From NCBI GenBank assembly GCA_964399945.1, contig CAYNRT010000001.1, positions 1 to 35,865 of the forward strand: a DNA stretch of 35,865 nt, read 5' to 3'. The notes under the pieces are model-generated. The model did no database searches and had not been told where the DNA came from. It saw nothing but the letters and a program-made list of their open reading frames with translations. The stretch's first letter is position 1. The number at the start of each line of letters is the position of its first letter. The DNA comes from an uncultured Candidatus Saccharibacteria bacterium (lineage in GTDB: Bacteria > Patescibacteriota > Minisyncoccia > Minisyncoccales > CG1-02-41-26). Positions 17,613 to 27,425 of the stretch are shown here, one piece after another. The position numbers and the translations under genes were made by a program.

Positions 17613-20099
17613 ATGTCTTTTCTTAAGAAAATTTTTCCTGATTTCAATACAAAATTTCTTAGAAAAACAGAACCTCTAATTGCTGAAATTAATGCCTTAG
17701 AAAAAAGCGTAGAAAAGTTTTCAGACGAAGCTATAAGGGAGAGAATAGGAGAAATTAAAAGAGCATTGAAGGAGGGCGTAAAAAAAGAGGAAGATGTTTT
17801 AACAGAGGTTTTTGCTTTAACCCGGGAAGCGGCAAAAAGAACACTGGGACAGCGTCACTTTGATGTCCAGCTTGCTGCAGGTATTGTTTTGCATCGAGGT
17901 ATGATAGCTGAAATGAAAACAGGAGAAGGAAAAACCCTCGCTGCTACCTTAGCTGCCTCTTTAAACGCTTTAAGAGGAAAGGGTGTGCATATTGTTACAG
18001 TTAATGATTATTTGGCCAAGAGAGACACGGTTTGGATGGGTCAGATATATAATTTATTAGGCATCTCGGTGGGATGTATTACACACAACGCAAGCTATTT
18101 GTATAGTGAACAGACTAATGTTCAGGAAAATGAGTCTGCGGTGGAAGAGAGCAGAGACAAAGAGAGAGATGCAGTGGGAGGATTTAAGGTGGTTGAAAAT
18201 TTTCTTCAGCCTTGCTCCAGACAGGAAGCTTACTGTGCCGATATTACTTACGGCACTAACAATGAATTCGGTTTTGATTTTTTACGAGACAATCTCGTTT
18301 TTAATTTAGAAGATAAGGTGCAGAGAGAATTTTCTTTCGCTATAGTGGATGAAATTGACTCCATTTTAATAGACGAAGCAAGAACGCCGCTTATTGTTTC
18401 TGCTCCTGACGAGGAGAGTTCAAAATGGTATAAAGATTTTTCGCGTATAGCTCCTCGCTTGAAAAAAGATCTTCATTACGAAGTAGATGAAAAGCTTAAA
18501 GTAGTTGTTCTTACTGAAAAAGGCATTGAAGAAGTGGAAAAGTTTTTAGGGGTTGACAACATTTACGAAGAAAAAGGAATCCGCTATATCCATCATTTAG
18601 AACAGGCCTTGCGGGCGGAGGTTTTTTTCAAAAAGGACCGCGATTATATTGTAAAAGACGGAGAAGTTATTATTGTCGATGAGTTTACCGGTCGTTTAAT
18701 GCCGGGTCGTCGTTGGTCGGGCGGTCTTCATCAAGCTGTTGAAGCAAAAGAAGGGGTTCAGGTAAAACCAGAATCGAGGATTTTAGCTTCTGTTACCTTC
18801 CAAAATTACTTCAGAATGTATAAGAAGCTTTCTGGTATGACAGGTACCGCGGCCACTTCGGCAGAAGAATTTAGGAAAGTTTATGGCTTGGAAGTGATTG
18901 TAGTGCCGACAAATAAGCCTATGATAAGAGAAGATTTGCCAGATAAAGTTTACAAGACAGAGAAAGGAAAGTTTACAGCTATAATTAATGAAGTAAAGAG
19001 GCGTCACCAAAGAGGTCAGCCTGTGCTGGTTGGCACGAGCTCTATTGAAAAAAATGAAATTCTTGCCAGAATGCTTGACCGGGAAGGAGTAAGATGTGAA
19101 GTTTTAAATGCAAAAAACCACCAACGCGAGGGTGAGATTATAGCTCAAGCCGGACGCAAGGGCGCTGTTACTGTAGCAACGAACATGGCCGGCCGCGGAG
19201 TAGATATAATATTGGGCGGGAATCCGCCAGACAGCAAAGAGGCTGAAGAAGTAAAAAGTTTGGGAGGACTTCATGTTATCGGAGCTCAGCGGCATGAATC
19301 TCGAAGAATTGATGACCAGTTGCGAGGGAGAAGCGGCAGACAAGGAGACCCAGGCTCTTCGCAATTTTTTATTTCTTTAGAAGATGATATTTTAAGGATA
19401 TTCGGAGGAGAAAGGATTAAGAAGCTAATGTCTTTTTTAAATATTCCCGAAGATTGTCCTATTGAAGCAAAAATGCTTTCTGGCGCTATAGAGAAGGCCC
19501 AGGCAAGAGTTGAAGGTATGAATTTTGATGCCCGAAGTCATGTACTGCAGTATGATGATGTAATAGCGAAGCATAGAAATAAAATTTATTTTTTAAGGAA
19601 CGAATTGCTTAAGGGAGACAATCAAGCGCTTAAAAAATATCTTCTTTCTCTTTTCAAGGAAGAAATTGCTGAGATGTTCAGTGCTTACTGGGATAGCGAT
19701 AAAGAAAAGGTGCTTGAGGAGCTGAAGACAATAATTCCTCTTTCTCCAGAAGCTCAAAACAGAATTCTAAATCTAAAAGATGCAGCAGAAGCAGAGAAAT
19801 TCATTAATACTCTTTTAAAAGAATTTCTAAATAAAAAAGAAAAAGAAGAGGAGGGAGACAATTTCAAAAAATTAGTGAAGTTTGTGTGTTTGAACACTCT
19901 TGATTCTTTATGGTCGGAGCATCTGGAGGTTATGGATGCTTTAAAAGATTCAGTAAATTTAAGAGCTTATGGTGGCCGCGATCCTTTAGTAGAGTATAAG
20001 ACAGAAGGGCACAAGCTTTTTCAGCGCCTACAGGCGGCGTTCCGCTCTCAAGTTACCCGCACGCTTTTTAAGCTTAGCTTGTCTCTTCAGGCGCGCTAA
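17613..20099 (+). CDS. secA: preprotein translocase ATPase SecA
   Basis: 828 aa. Contains MKTGEGKTLAATL, VTVNDYLAKRD, IVDEIDSILIDEARTPLI, ATNMAGRGVDI and GRSGRQGDPG. Confidence 0.95.
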   Translation: MSFLKKIFPDFNTKFLRKTEPLIAEINALEKSVEKFSDEAIRERIGEIKRALKEGVKKEEDVLTEVFALTREAAKRTLGQRHFDVQLAAGIVLHRGMIAEMKTGEGKTLAATLAASLNALRGKGVHIVTVNDYLAKRDTVWMGQIYNLLGISVGCITHNASYLYSEQTNVQENESAVEESRDKERDAVGGFKVVENFLQPCSRQEAYCADITYGTNNEFGFDFLRDNLVFNLEDKVQREFSFAIVDEIDSILIDEARTPLIVSAPDEESSKWYKDFSRIAPRLKKDLHYEVDEKLKVVVLTEKGIEEVEKFLGVDNIYEEKGIRYIHHLEQALRAEVFFKKDRDYIVKDGEVIIVDEFTGRLMPGRRWSGGLHQAVEAKEGVQVKPESRILASVTFQNYFRMYKKLSGMTGTAATSAEEFRKVYGLEVIVVPTNKPMIREDLPDKVYKTEKGKFTAIINEVKRRHQRGQPVLVGTSSIEKNEILARMLDREGVRCEVLNAKNHQREGEIIAQAGRKGAVTVATNMAGRGVDIILGGNPPDSKEAEEVKSLGGLHVIGAQRHESRRIDDQLRGRSGRQGDPGSSQFFISLEDDILRIFGGERIKKLMSFLNIPEDCPIEAKMLSGAIEKAQARVEGMNFDARSHVLQYDDVIAKHRNKIYFLRNELLKGDNQALKKYLLSLFKEEIAEMFSAYWDSDKEKVLEELKTIIPLSPEAQNRILNLKDAAEAEKFINTLLKEFLNKKEKEEEGDNFKKLVKFVCLNTLDSLWSEHLEVMDALKDSVNLRAYGGRDPLVEYKTEGHKLFQRLQAAFRSQVTRTLFKLSLSLQAR

Positions 20100-20122
20100 G
20101 AGACTATATACTGTAATAAAGA

Positions 20123-20151
20123 TTGAAAAAAGAAAAGTTTTCTGTTAGAAT
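20123..20151 (+). promoter_or_regulatory. sigma70-like promoter for secDF (TTGAAA-N17-TAGAAT)
   Basis: Hexamers read directly at 20123-20128 and 20146-20151. Confidence 0.45.
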
Positions 20152-20200
20152 CTAAAACAAAGTGAAATTAAGATAAAAATTCTTTAAGGATTGCAGAAAT

Positions 20201-21544
20201 ATGCTTGGGCAAAAAATGTATATTAAGCTGATAATCATACTTGCTTTGGCTTTTTTTGGTTTTGCTTTGGTGTTTCCTTCTCCATTTAACAAAACTATTG
20301 CCTGCTTAAATAAGCGGGTTTTGCATTATACAGGCATAAAGGCGCCCTTTTTCCCTGTAGTTCCTTTTAAGCTCGGTTTAGACTTGCAAGGAGGAAGCTA
20401 TTTGGTTTACGAGGCTGACTTAAGCAAGGTAGCCAAGAAAGACTGGTCAGAGCGGATGCAGGGACTTCGGGACGTAATAGAAAGAAGAATTAATTTTTTC
20501 GGTGTGCGAGAACCTGTTGTCAGAATTGAAGAAGGAGGCGGCAGGAAGAAGCTCGTAGTTGAGTTGGCTGGAGTTAAAGACGTTGATGAAGCGATAAAAA
20601 TGATAGGAGAAACGCCTTTATTGGAGTTTCGCAGAGAGGCTGAGCAAGAAAATAGTTCTGGCACGCAGAAGGAAGAAATGAAAGTGTCTTTCGTGCCGAC
20701 AAAGCTTACTGGACAGTATCTAAAAAAAGCTCGGCTTGACATTAATCAGACTACTTTAGAACCGCAGGTTCTTTTGGAATTTGATAAAGAGGGGGCAAAA
20801 ATTTTTAGACAGCTTACAGCTGAAAATGTCGGAAAAAGATTAGCTATATATATAGACAATGTCCTAATTTCAGCTCCGCGTGTACAGGAGGAGATAAAAG
20901 GAGGAAAAGCGCAGATTACGGGCAGATTTACTTTAGAAGAAGCAAAAAAGCTTGTAAGAAACCTTAATGCCGGTGCTTTGCCGGTACCGATAAAATTGAT
21001 TTCTCAAACAACAATTGGCCCTGTGCTGGGCAGACTTTCTTTGGAGAAATCCTTAAAAGCGGCTGTAATTGGTTTTTTGGCTGTAGCTGTGTTTATGATA
21101 TTGTTTTATAGGGTTTCCGGATTCTTTGCTTCTTTAAGTCTTTTACTCTATGGACTCATTTTGCTTTCTCTTTTTAAACTTATACCTATTACGCTCACTT
21201 TGGCCGGAATAGGAGGGGCAATTCTCTCTGTAGGTATGGCGGTTGACGCCAATGTTTTGATATTTGAAAGGCAGAAAGAAGAAAGAAAAGCAGGAGAAAG
21301 CTTTGCCCGGACAATTTCTATCGGATTTTCCCGAGCCTGGCCTTCTATAAGGGACAGTAATTTTACAACCCTATTGGTGGCTCTGATAATGTTTTCTTTC
21401 GGCACGAGTTTTGTTAAGGGATTTGCTCTTACTTTAGGCTTGGGGATTTTAGTGAGCTTGTTTTCCGCGCTTTTTGTGACAAAAACCTTGCTGACTCTGT
21501 TTGTTGACAGCAAGATTGAAAAGATAAAATGGTTTTGGGTGTGA
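20201..21544 (+). CDS. secD: protein translocase subunit SecD
   Basis: LGLDLQGG, a periplasmic P1-like domain and a C-terminal six-TM bundle (VDANVLIFER). Ends in TGA. An alternative ATG lies at 20216. Confidence 0.9.
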   Translation: MLGQKMYIKLIIILALAFFGFALVFPSPFNKTIACLNKRVLHYTGIKAPFFPVVPFKLGLDLQGGSYLVYEADLSKVAKKDWSERMQGLRDVIERRINFFGVREPVVRIEEGGGRKKLVVELAGVKDVDEAIKMIGETPLLEFRREAEQENSSGTQKEEMKVSFVPTKLTGQYLKKARLDINQTTLEPQVLLEFDKEGAKIFRQLTAENVGKRLAIYIDNVLISAPRVQEEIKGGKAQITGRFTLEEAKKLVRNLNAGALPVPIKLISQTTIGPVLGRLSLEKSLKAAVIGFLAVAVFMILFYRVSGFFASLSLLLYGLILLSLFKLIPITLTLAGIGGAILSVGMAVDANVLIFERQKEERKAGESFARTISIGFSRAWPSIRDSNFTTLLVALIMFSFGTSFVKGFALTLGLGILVSLFSALFVTKTLLTLFVDSKIEKIKWFWV

Positions 21545-21613
21545 TGCAAGAACACAAAGAATAGCACCAAATAATATACGGGCGATAAATAATAAAGAGC
21601 AAATAATTTGTTT

Positions 21614-22516
21614 ATGTATATTCCTTTTATTAAATACAGAAAAATATTTTACTGCTTATCCGGTCTTTTAGTGATTGCCTCTTTTGCCGCTATGATTTTT
21701 TTCGGGCTTCGCTTCGGCATTGATTTTAAAGGAGGCAGTTCTCTGCAGGTTGAATACAGCCAAAAAAGGCCTCCTTTGGAAGATATTCGAGAGAGCTTGA
21801 AAGAGGTTGGTTTAAGCGGATTTTCAGTTCAGCTTTCAGGCGAGAAAGGCGTTATTTTAAAGGCAAAGGAGCTTGATGAAGAGATGCACCAGAAAGTTTT
21901 GGCTGGACTTGAAAAATTGGGCGACGTAAAAAGCGGCTCAGAAAGTTTTCAGTCAATAGGGCCTGTTGTCGGCAGAGAATTGAAAGAAAAGACAAAAAAA
22001 GTTGTTTTCCTAGCCCTTTTTGCCATTTTAATTTATATCGCCCTCAGTTTTCGCAGAGTTTCCCGGCCGATTAAATCTTATATTTACGGCATTGCCGGCC
22101 TTATTGCTCTTTGCCATGACGTTTTTATTCCCTTAGGCGTGCTGGCGCTTTTAGGTAAATTCTATGGCGCGGAGATAAACATTCCGATTATCACCGCCTT
22201 TCTTACGGTTTTTGGGTATTCTATTAACGATTCAGTGGTAGTCTTTGACAGAATAAGAGAGAATCTGCTTAAGTCAGGGCACTTGCCTTTTGAAGAGGTT
22301 GTTGAAAAGAGCCTTAACCAAAGCCTTATCCGCTCTGTCAATACTTCTTTTACAACCCTCCTTGTGCTTTTGGCGATATTCTTTTTCGGCGGACAAACGC
22401 TAAAATTATTTTCTTTCAGTCTTGCTCTGGGCATATTGTTGGGAACTTATTCTTCAATTTGTTTAGCCGCTCCTTTTTTGGTTAGCTTTTTAAAAGCGAG
22501 AAACAAAAAAGCGTAG
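21614..22516 (+). CDS. secF: protein translocase subunit SecF
   Basis: GIDFKGGS and SINDSVVVFDRIREN. Adjacent to secD. Start taken at ATG 21614; the track uses a TTG at 21608. Confidence 0.9.
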   Translation: MYIPFIKYRKIFYCLSGLLVIASFAAMIFFGLRFGIDFKGGSSLQVEYSQKRPPLEDIRESLKEVGLSGFSVQLSGEKGVILKAKELDEEMHQKVLAGLEKLGDVKSGSESFQSIGPVVGRELKEKTKKVVFLALFAILIYIALSFRRVSRPIKSYIYGIAGLIALCHDVFIPLGVLALLGKFYGAEINIPIITAFLTVFGYSINDSVVVFDRIRENLLKSGHLPFEEVVEKSLNQSLIRSVNTSFTTLLVLLAIFFFGGQTLKLFSFSLALGILLGTYSSICLAAPFLVSFLKARNKKA

Positions 22517-22549
22517 AATCGAACTTAGAATCAAGATTTGATTTTTTTA

Positions 22550-22578
22550 TTGACAAAAACATTTATTGCGGTTATTAT
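22550..22578 (+). promoter_or_regulatory. sigma70-like promoter (TTGACA-N17-TATTAT)
   Basis: Perfect -35 at 22550-22555 and -10 at 22573-22578. Confidence 0.5.
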
Positions 22579-22667
22579 TAAAAAATATCTTGGAATCTGC
22601 AGGAATAGAAAAATGGTTTGGTGAAAATGGGTTTACATAAAGTAAATAAAATAATAATTCCAAAGAA

Positions 22668-23690
22668 ATGCAAAAGGAAAAAAACATAAATTACAAACAA
22701 CTTTCTCAAAACCTTTTAGCTGCGCTTCCGGAAAGGCAAAAAATGGTTTTAAAACAAAGGTTTGGTTTAGACGGAAGCGAAATAAAAACCTTAGAAAGCA
22801 TTGGCAGAAGCCTCGGTATTACCAGAGAAAGGGTGCGTCAAATTGAAGCTGAAGCGCTGAAGAAAATAAAAGAAAAGAACGCTTCTTCTTTAAAGAGTCT
22901 TTTTTTGATGATTGAAAGAAGATTAAAAGATTTTGGCGGGATAAAAAAAGAAGACTTGTTTTTAAGTGCTTTAGGTGACAAATCATGTCAACAAGACATT
23001 TATTTTATTCTTTCTCTTGACAATCGGCTTACACGTTTGAACGGGAATAAGAAATTTTATCCTGCCTGGATGATTGATGTAAAGCTTCTTAAAGAGGCAG
23101 AGAAAGTGATTGCTCGTTTAGAAAATTTTTTTAAGAAAAAGAAAAAACCTGTTTCTAAAAAAGAATTTAAAAACCTTGTCAAAGAAATAGGGGGAGGTGG
23201 AAATTTTGCTTTTTCTGCGATTGAAATCTCAAAAACCATAGAAGAAGGGCCTCTTGATTCTGTAGGTCTTGCGGTGTGGCCGGAGATTAATCCGCGAAGA
23301 GTTAGGGATAGAGCTTATCTTGCCCTGAAAAAGGTGGGAAAACCGCTTCATTTTGTCGAAATTGCTTCTGCGGCCGGCGCTATAAGCGGAGGACTTGTCT
23401 CGCCGCAAAATGTTTATCCTCAAACCGTCCACAATGAACTTATTAAAGATGAAAGGTTTGTGTTGGTGGGGCGCGGCATGTATGCTTTGAGTGAATGGGG
23501 TTATAAGCCGGGCAGGGTGAGAGAAATTATAGCTCAAATACTTAAGGAATCGCCCAGACCGCTTAAAAAAGAAGAGGTGATTGATAAAGTTCTTGCCCAG
23601 CGTTTTGTTAAAGAGAATACAATTTTGGTAAATTTGCAAAACAAAAATTATTTTAAAAGAGACAAAGAAAGTAAATATCATTTGGCTTAG
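22668..23690 (+). CDS. DNA-binding protein: an N-terminal sigma-70 region-4-like HTH fused to C-terminal HARE-HTH/winged-helix modules. Not a complete sigma factor.
   Basis: N-terminus LPERQKMVLKQRFGLDG...TLESIGRSLGITRERVRQIEAEALKKI is a textbook region 4.2. No region 2 is visible. C-terminus KPLHFVEIA...VHNELIKDERFVLVGRGMYALSEWGY resembles HARE-HTH. Confidence 0.6.
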   Translation: MQKEKNINYKQLSQNLLAALPERQKMVLKQRFGLDGSEIKTLESIGRSLGITRERVRQIEAEALKKIKEKNASSLKSLFLMIERRLKDFGGIKKEDLFLSALGDKSCQQDIYFILSLDNRLTRLNGNKKFYPAWMIDVKLLKEAEKVIARLENFFKKKKKPVSKKEFKNLVKEIGGGGNFAFSAIEISKTIEEGPLDSVGLAVWPEINPRRVRDRAYLALKKVGKPLHFVEIASAAGAISGGLVSPQNVYPQTVHNELIKDERFVLVGRGMYALSEWGYKPGRVREIIAQILKESPRPLKKEEVIDKVLAQRFVKENTILVNLQNKNYFKRDKESKYHLA

Positions 23691-23718
23691 ATGTCTATTC
23701 ATTACTTTAATTAAGAGC

Positions 23719-23746
23719 AAAAACGCGCTTAATAGGGCGCGTTTTT
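23719..23746 (+). terminator. rho-independent terminator
   Basis: AAAAACGCGC-TTAATAGG-GCGCGTTTTT followed by GTTTTCTGTTT. Confidence 0.7.
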
Positions 23747-23814
23747 GTTTTCTGTTTGTATTGTTAAAAGTGTTTTGAGGCGGGGAAACAAGATTATAAT
23801 TAAATAATTTAAAA

Positions 23815-23843
23815 TTGACAAAGGCTATTTTAACTTATATGAT
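23815..23843 (+). promoter_or_regulatory. sigma70-like promoter for the ATPase cassette (TTGACA-N17-TATGAT)
   Basis: Perfect -35 at 23815-23820 and -10 at 23838-23843, about 50 nt upstream of the ATG at 23896. Confidence 0.5.
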
Positions 23844-23895
23844 AATTAAAAGCGCACTTAATTCCAAAAATTTGGCTTAACAGCGCTGGAGTGTT

Positions 23896-25515
23896 ATGAA
23901 TAAAGTAATTTTATTTGCTGAGGCTAATTTTCGCGATAAAAAAGAGGTTTTTGGTATAAAAAGGCCTGATCGCCGGCAGCATGTTTATATTATAGGAAAA
24001 ACAGGCGTAGGAAAAACTGCTTTATTGAAAAATATGGCTTTTCAGGATATTCAGAACGGAGAAGGCTTAGCCATTATTGATCCGCATGGTGAATTTGTTG
24101 AAGAGGTTTTGGAAAAAATTCCTTCCAGCCGCGTTAAAGATGTTGTTTATTTTAATCCAGCGGATATTGAACATCCCATTGGCTTCAATGTTCTAGAAGT
24201 TTCCAATCCGGACTATAAGCATTTAGTTGCTTCAGATTTAATGAGTATTTTCACGAAAATTTGGGCAAATGTCTGGTCAGCGAGAATGGAATATATTCTC
24301 AATAACTGCATTCTTGCTCTTCTTGATACGCCAGGAAGCACTCTTTTAGGCATACCTCGCATTTTAGTAGATAAAGATTACCGCCAAAAGATAGTTAACA
24401 ACATAGAAGATCCAGTAGTAAAATCCTTTTGGGTAAGTGAGTATGAGCAATGGCGCGACCAATTCAGGAATGAAGCTATAGTGCCAATTCAAAACAAAGT
24501 CGGTCAGTTTCTAAACACGTCTTTTATTCGGAACATTGTTGGTCAACCTAAAAGCACTATTAATATTTCCGAAATAATGAATAGCGGAAAAATTCTTTTG
24601 GTTAATGTTGCTAAAGGAAGAATAGGGGAGGATAATTCTGCTCTTTTGGGGGCGATATTTGTTACGAAAATGCAGTTAGCAGCCATGGAGCGCGTAAGGA
24701 TGCCTGTTGAGAAAAGAAGGGATTTCTATCTTTATGTTGACGAATTTCAGAACTTTGTTACTGAATCTTTCGCTTCAATTTTATCTGAAGCGCGTAAATA
24801 CCGCTTAAATTTGATTATTGCTCATCAGTATATAGGTCAATTAATTACTGAAACCAGCACAAGGGTGCGGGATTCTGTTTTTGGTAATGTAGGCACTTTA
24901 ATCAGTTTTCGGGTGGGGGCTGCCGACGCAGAATTTTTGGAAAAAGAATTCTATCCGGAGTTTAACGCTCAAGACTTGGTTAATCTGCCAAATTACAATA
25001 TTTATTTGAAGCTGATGATTGACGGAATGACCAGTCGTCCTTTTTCAGCGACAACTTTGCCGCCAATGGTTTTGCCGCACAACCAAAACAATAAAGAAAC
25101 AATTATTGATTTTTCCCGCAAGAAATATTCTCTGCCCCGCAAAAAAGTAGAAAAAGAAATAGCTGAATGGAGTGGAATGTCATTAAATACAGAGAATAAA
25201 GCGAAACGAGGGGTTAAGATTTTCAAGAAAAGCCCTTTCCGCAGAAGACCACAAGGAGATTTTAGCCGGCTTAGTGATTTAGGTATAGAGTTCCCTGTTA
25301 GCGGCTCGGCAAAAGCGCTTTCACAAAAAAGCGCTGTCCGAAAATTTGCCCCACCGAGCATTTCTTTAGAAGAAGCGGCGAAAAGAAGGCCTGAGAGCTT
25401 TAAAAAACGAAAAAAAATTAATATAGAAAAATTAAGAAAAATTGTAGAAGACTCTTTATTGGAGAACGAGAGAAATCAAAGCAGCGAACAATTGGAAAAG
25501 GAAGAAAAAAATTAA
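23896..25515 (+). CDS. soluble VirD4/TraD/TraG-like (FtsK-HerA superfamily) P-loop NTPase, paralog A, with a long basic C-terminal tail
   Basis: 539 aa. Walker A HVYIIGKTGVGKT sits at about residue 30, with no N-terminal TM segment. Also IDPHGEF, Walker B DFYLYVDEFQNF and AHQYIGQL. The last ~130 residues are a Lys/Arg-rich low-complexity tail. Confidence 0.65.
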   Translation: MNKVILFAEANFRDKKEVFGIKRPDRRQHVYIIGKTGVGKTALLKNMAFQDIQNGEGLAIIDPHGEFVEEVLEKIPSSRVKDVVYFNPADIEHPIGFNVLEVSNPDYKHLVASDLMSIFTKIWANVWSARMEYILNNCILALLDTPGSTLLGIPRILVDKDYRQKIVNNIEDPVVKSFWVSEYEQWRDQFRNEAIVPIQNKVGQFLNTSFIRNIVGQPKSTINISEIMNSGKILLVNVAKGRIGEDNSALLGAIFVTKMQLAAMERVRMPVEKRRDFYLYVDEFQNFVTESFASILSEARKYRLNLIIAHQYIGQLITETSTRVRDSVFGNVGTLISFRVGAADAEFLEKEFYPEFNAQDLVNLPNYNIYLKLMIDGMTSRPFSATTLPPMVLPHNQNNKETIIDFSRKKYSLPRKKVEKEIAEWSGMSLNTENKAKRGVKIFKKSPFRRRPQGDFSRLSDLGIEFPVSGSAKALSQKSAVRKFAPPSISLEEAAKRRPESFKKRKKINIEKLRKIVEDSLLENERNQSSEQLEKEEKN

Positions 25516-25525
25516 AAGCTTTATT

Positions 25526-25547
25526 AAGCAGCCGTGCGGGCTTGCTT
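25526..25547 (+). terminator. weak hairpin between the two ATPase genes
   Basis: AAGCAGCC-GTGCG-GGCT(T)GCTT, 8 bp with one bulge, followed by TTCTGTGTGTTTGG. Confidence 0.3.
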
Positions 25548-25588
25548 TTCTGTGTGTTTGGAGATATTGGCTTTAATAAGCCGGAAAT

Positions 25589-25616
25589 TTGAAAAAACAA
25601 TATCTTATGCTATGCT
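25589..25616 (+). promoter_or_regulatory. possible internal promoter for ATPase paralog B (TTGAAA-N16-TATGCT)
   Basis: Hexamers read directly at 25589-25594 and 25611-25616. Confidence 0.3.
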
Positions 25617-25658
25617 GGAAACAAACCTTTTGCCCTGTTGGAGCTGTTTCTTAATTAT

Positions 25659-27137
25659 ATGCCTAAGAAAGAAGTAAGAATTCGCAAAATTAAATTGGCG
25701 CCTCCTCCTCCTGAGTTGCCGATTTTCGGCAAAGTTGATCCGAAAAAATGCTCTTTTTTTGGCAGAACAAACTATGAGGCGCCTTTGGAAGAGAAAAAAT
25801 TTATTTTTGGCATTAAACGAAAGGACAGAAGGCGACACGTTTACATTGTTGGTAAAAGCGGCGTTGGCAAAAGCAAGCTTTTGGAACTTTTGATACGTCA
25901 GGACATTGCTTATGGGCATGGTCTCTGTCTAATTGATCCTCATGGCGATGTTATTGAAAATGTCCTTGATTTTATTCCGGAAAACAGAATTAACGATGTT
26001 GTTCTTGTTGATCCTTCAGACAAAGACTTTCCTGTTTCTTTTAATCCTATACAGAATGTAGCGCCTGAGCTGAAACACCAAGTAGCCCAGGGACTGATAG
26101 AGGTTTTGGAAAAACAGTTTGGGGCAAACTGGACTCCAAGACTGGAGCATGTTTTTCGTTTTACTGTTTTAGCTCTGCTTGATTACCCTAAAGCAACAAT
26201 GCATGGAATGATTTCAATGCTTACTGATAGAAATTATCGCCAGAGGGTTGTTGATTATATTGAAGACGATATGGTTAAAAAGTTTTGGGCAATTGAGTTT
26301 GCCGATTGGTCAGAAAAATTTGATACAGAAGCGATTATCCCTTTAGTTAATAAACTAGGTCAGTTTTTGTCAAATCCGCTTTTACGGAATATTTTTGGCC
26401 AGGAAAAAAACAAGATAGATTTGGAATATATTATGAACAGCGGAAAAATACTTTTAATATCTCTTTCCAAAGGCAAATTGGGCGAAGAAAACTCCAGTTT
26501 TTTTGGTTCAATGTTTATTACTAAACTTTATCAGGCAGGAATGGCGCGTGCTTCAATGAGAGAAGAAGAAAGAAAAGATTTTTATCTTTATATTGACGAG
26601 TTTTATAATTTAGTAACAAACACTTTTGAAAACTTGTTCTCCGAATCGCGCAAGTATGGCCTTTGCATCACAGTTGCCCACCAATACATTGCTCAACTTC
26701 TACCCTCGGTGATGGAAACGGTTCTTGGCAATACAGGGACGATAATAGTTTTTCGTGTTGGTGGAAACGACGCCCGCAAGCTGGTCCCGGAAATGACACC
26801 GGTTTTTCAAGCACAAGACATGATAAACCTGGGGACAAGAGAATTTTTTATTAAAATGACCATCGACGGAGATACCTTCGATCCTTTTTCGGCGGAAACT
26901 TTAAAAGTTTTTCCTCCTACTAATATTTCTTGTCGTGAAGCAATATTAAGACAAAGCCGGCAGAAATATGCAGTTCCAATAGCAGAGGTAAAAACGGAAC
27001 TGAAAAGGATAATTGGAGGGAAAAGCGCTAACGAAGAAGCTAAGAAGGAGGTGGAAAAAGAAAAAAATGCAAAAGAGGGGATAGCTGATCAAAAAAAGAC
27101 AGATAGTAAATCTGAAGGTGATGAACCCATTGTGTGA
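25659..27137 (+). CDS. soluble VirD4/TraD/TraG-like P-loop NTPase, paralog B, with an acidic/Lys-rich C-terminal tail
   Basis: Colinear with paralog A: FGIKRKDRRRHVYIVGKSGVGKS, IDPHGD, IMNSGKILL, DFYLYIDEFYN, AHQYIAQL. The N-terminal extension has a proline run (LAPPPPELPIFGKV). Ends ...SKSEGDEPIV with a TGA stop. Start taken at ATG 25659; the track uses a TTG at 25638. Confidence 0.65.
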   Translation: MPKKEVRIRKIKLAPPPPELPIFGKVDPKKCSFFGRTNYEAPLEEKKFIFGIKRKDRRRHVYIVGKSGVGKSKLLELLIRQDIAYGHGLCLIDPHGDVIENVLDFIPENRINDVVLVDPSDKDFPVSFNPIQNVAPELKHQVAQGLIEVLEKQFGANWTPRLEHVFRFTVLALLDYPKATMHGMISMLTDRNYRQRVVDYIEDDMVKKFWAIEFADWSEKFDTEAIIPLVNKLGQFLSNPLLRNIFGQEKNKIDLEYIMNSGKILLISLSKGKLGEENSSFFGSMFITKLYQAGMARASMREEERKDFYLYIDEFYNLVTNTFENLFSESRKYGLCITVAHQYIAQLLPSVMETVLGNTGTIIVFRVGGNDARKLVPEMTPVFQAQDMINLGTREFFIKMTIDGDTFDPFSAETLKVFPPTNISCREAILRQSRQKYAVPIAEVKTELKRIIGGKSANEEAKKEVEKEKNAKEGIADQKKTDSKSEGDEPIV

Positions 27138-27174
27138 AAATCAAAGTTTTTAGTATAATAAAATAAAAAACAAA

Positions 27175-27396
27175 ATGTTTTTAGCAGAGGCAATAAAAAT
27201 TTTGTTAATTGCCAGCGGTCTCCTTTTTGTCGTTTTCGCCTATTTTTGCGATCTTTGGACTGAACGTGATCCGCGGCGGCCGGAAAATATATTAGCGGGA
27301 ATAGCGATTTCCTCTTTATATGTTTTTAAAATTATTTTTTTTAGTTTTTTGATAATTTTTGTTTTTTCTTTGTTTTTGGACAAAATTATTTATTAA
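27175..27396 (+). CDS. small two-helix membrane protein, unknown function
   Basis: 73 aa. Two hydrophobic segments (ILLIASGLLFVVFAYF and IIFFSFLIIFVFSLFL) flank a charged loop (ERDPRRPEN). Packed tightly between cassette genes. Confidence 0.5.
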   Translation: MFLAEAIKILLIASGLLFVVFAYFCDLWTERDPRRPENILAGIAISSLYVFKIIFFSFLIIFVFSLFLDKIIY

Positions 27397-27425
27397 AGAT
27401 AGAAAAATGAAAATGCTTTAAATTT

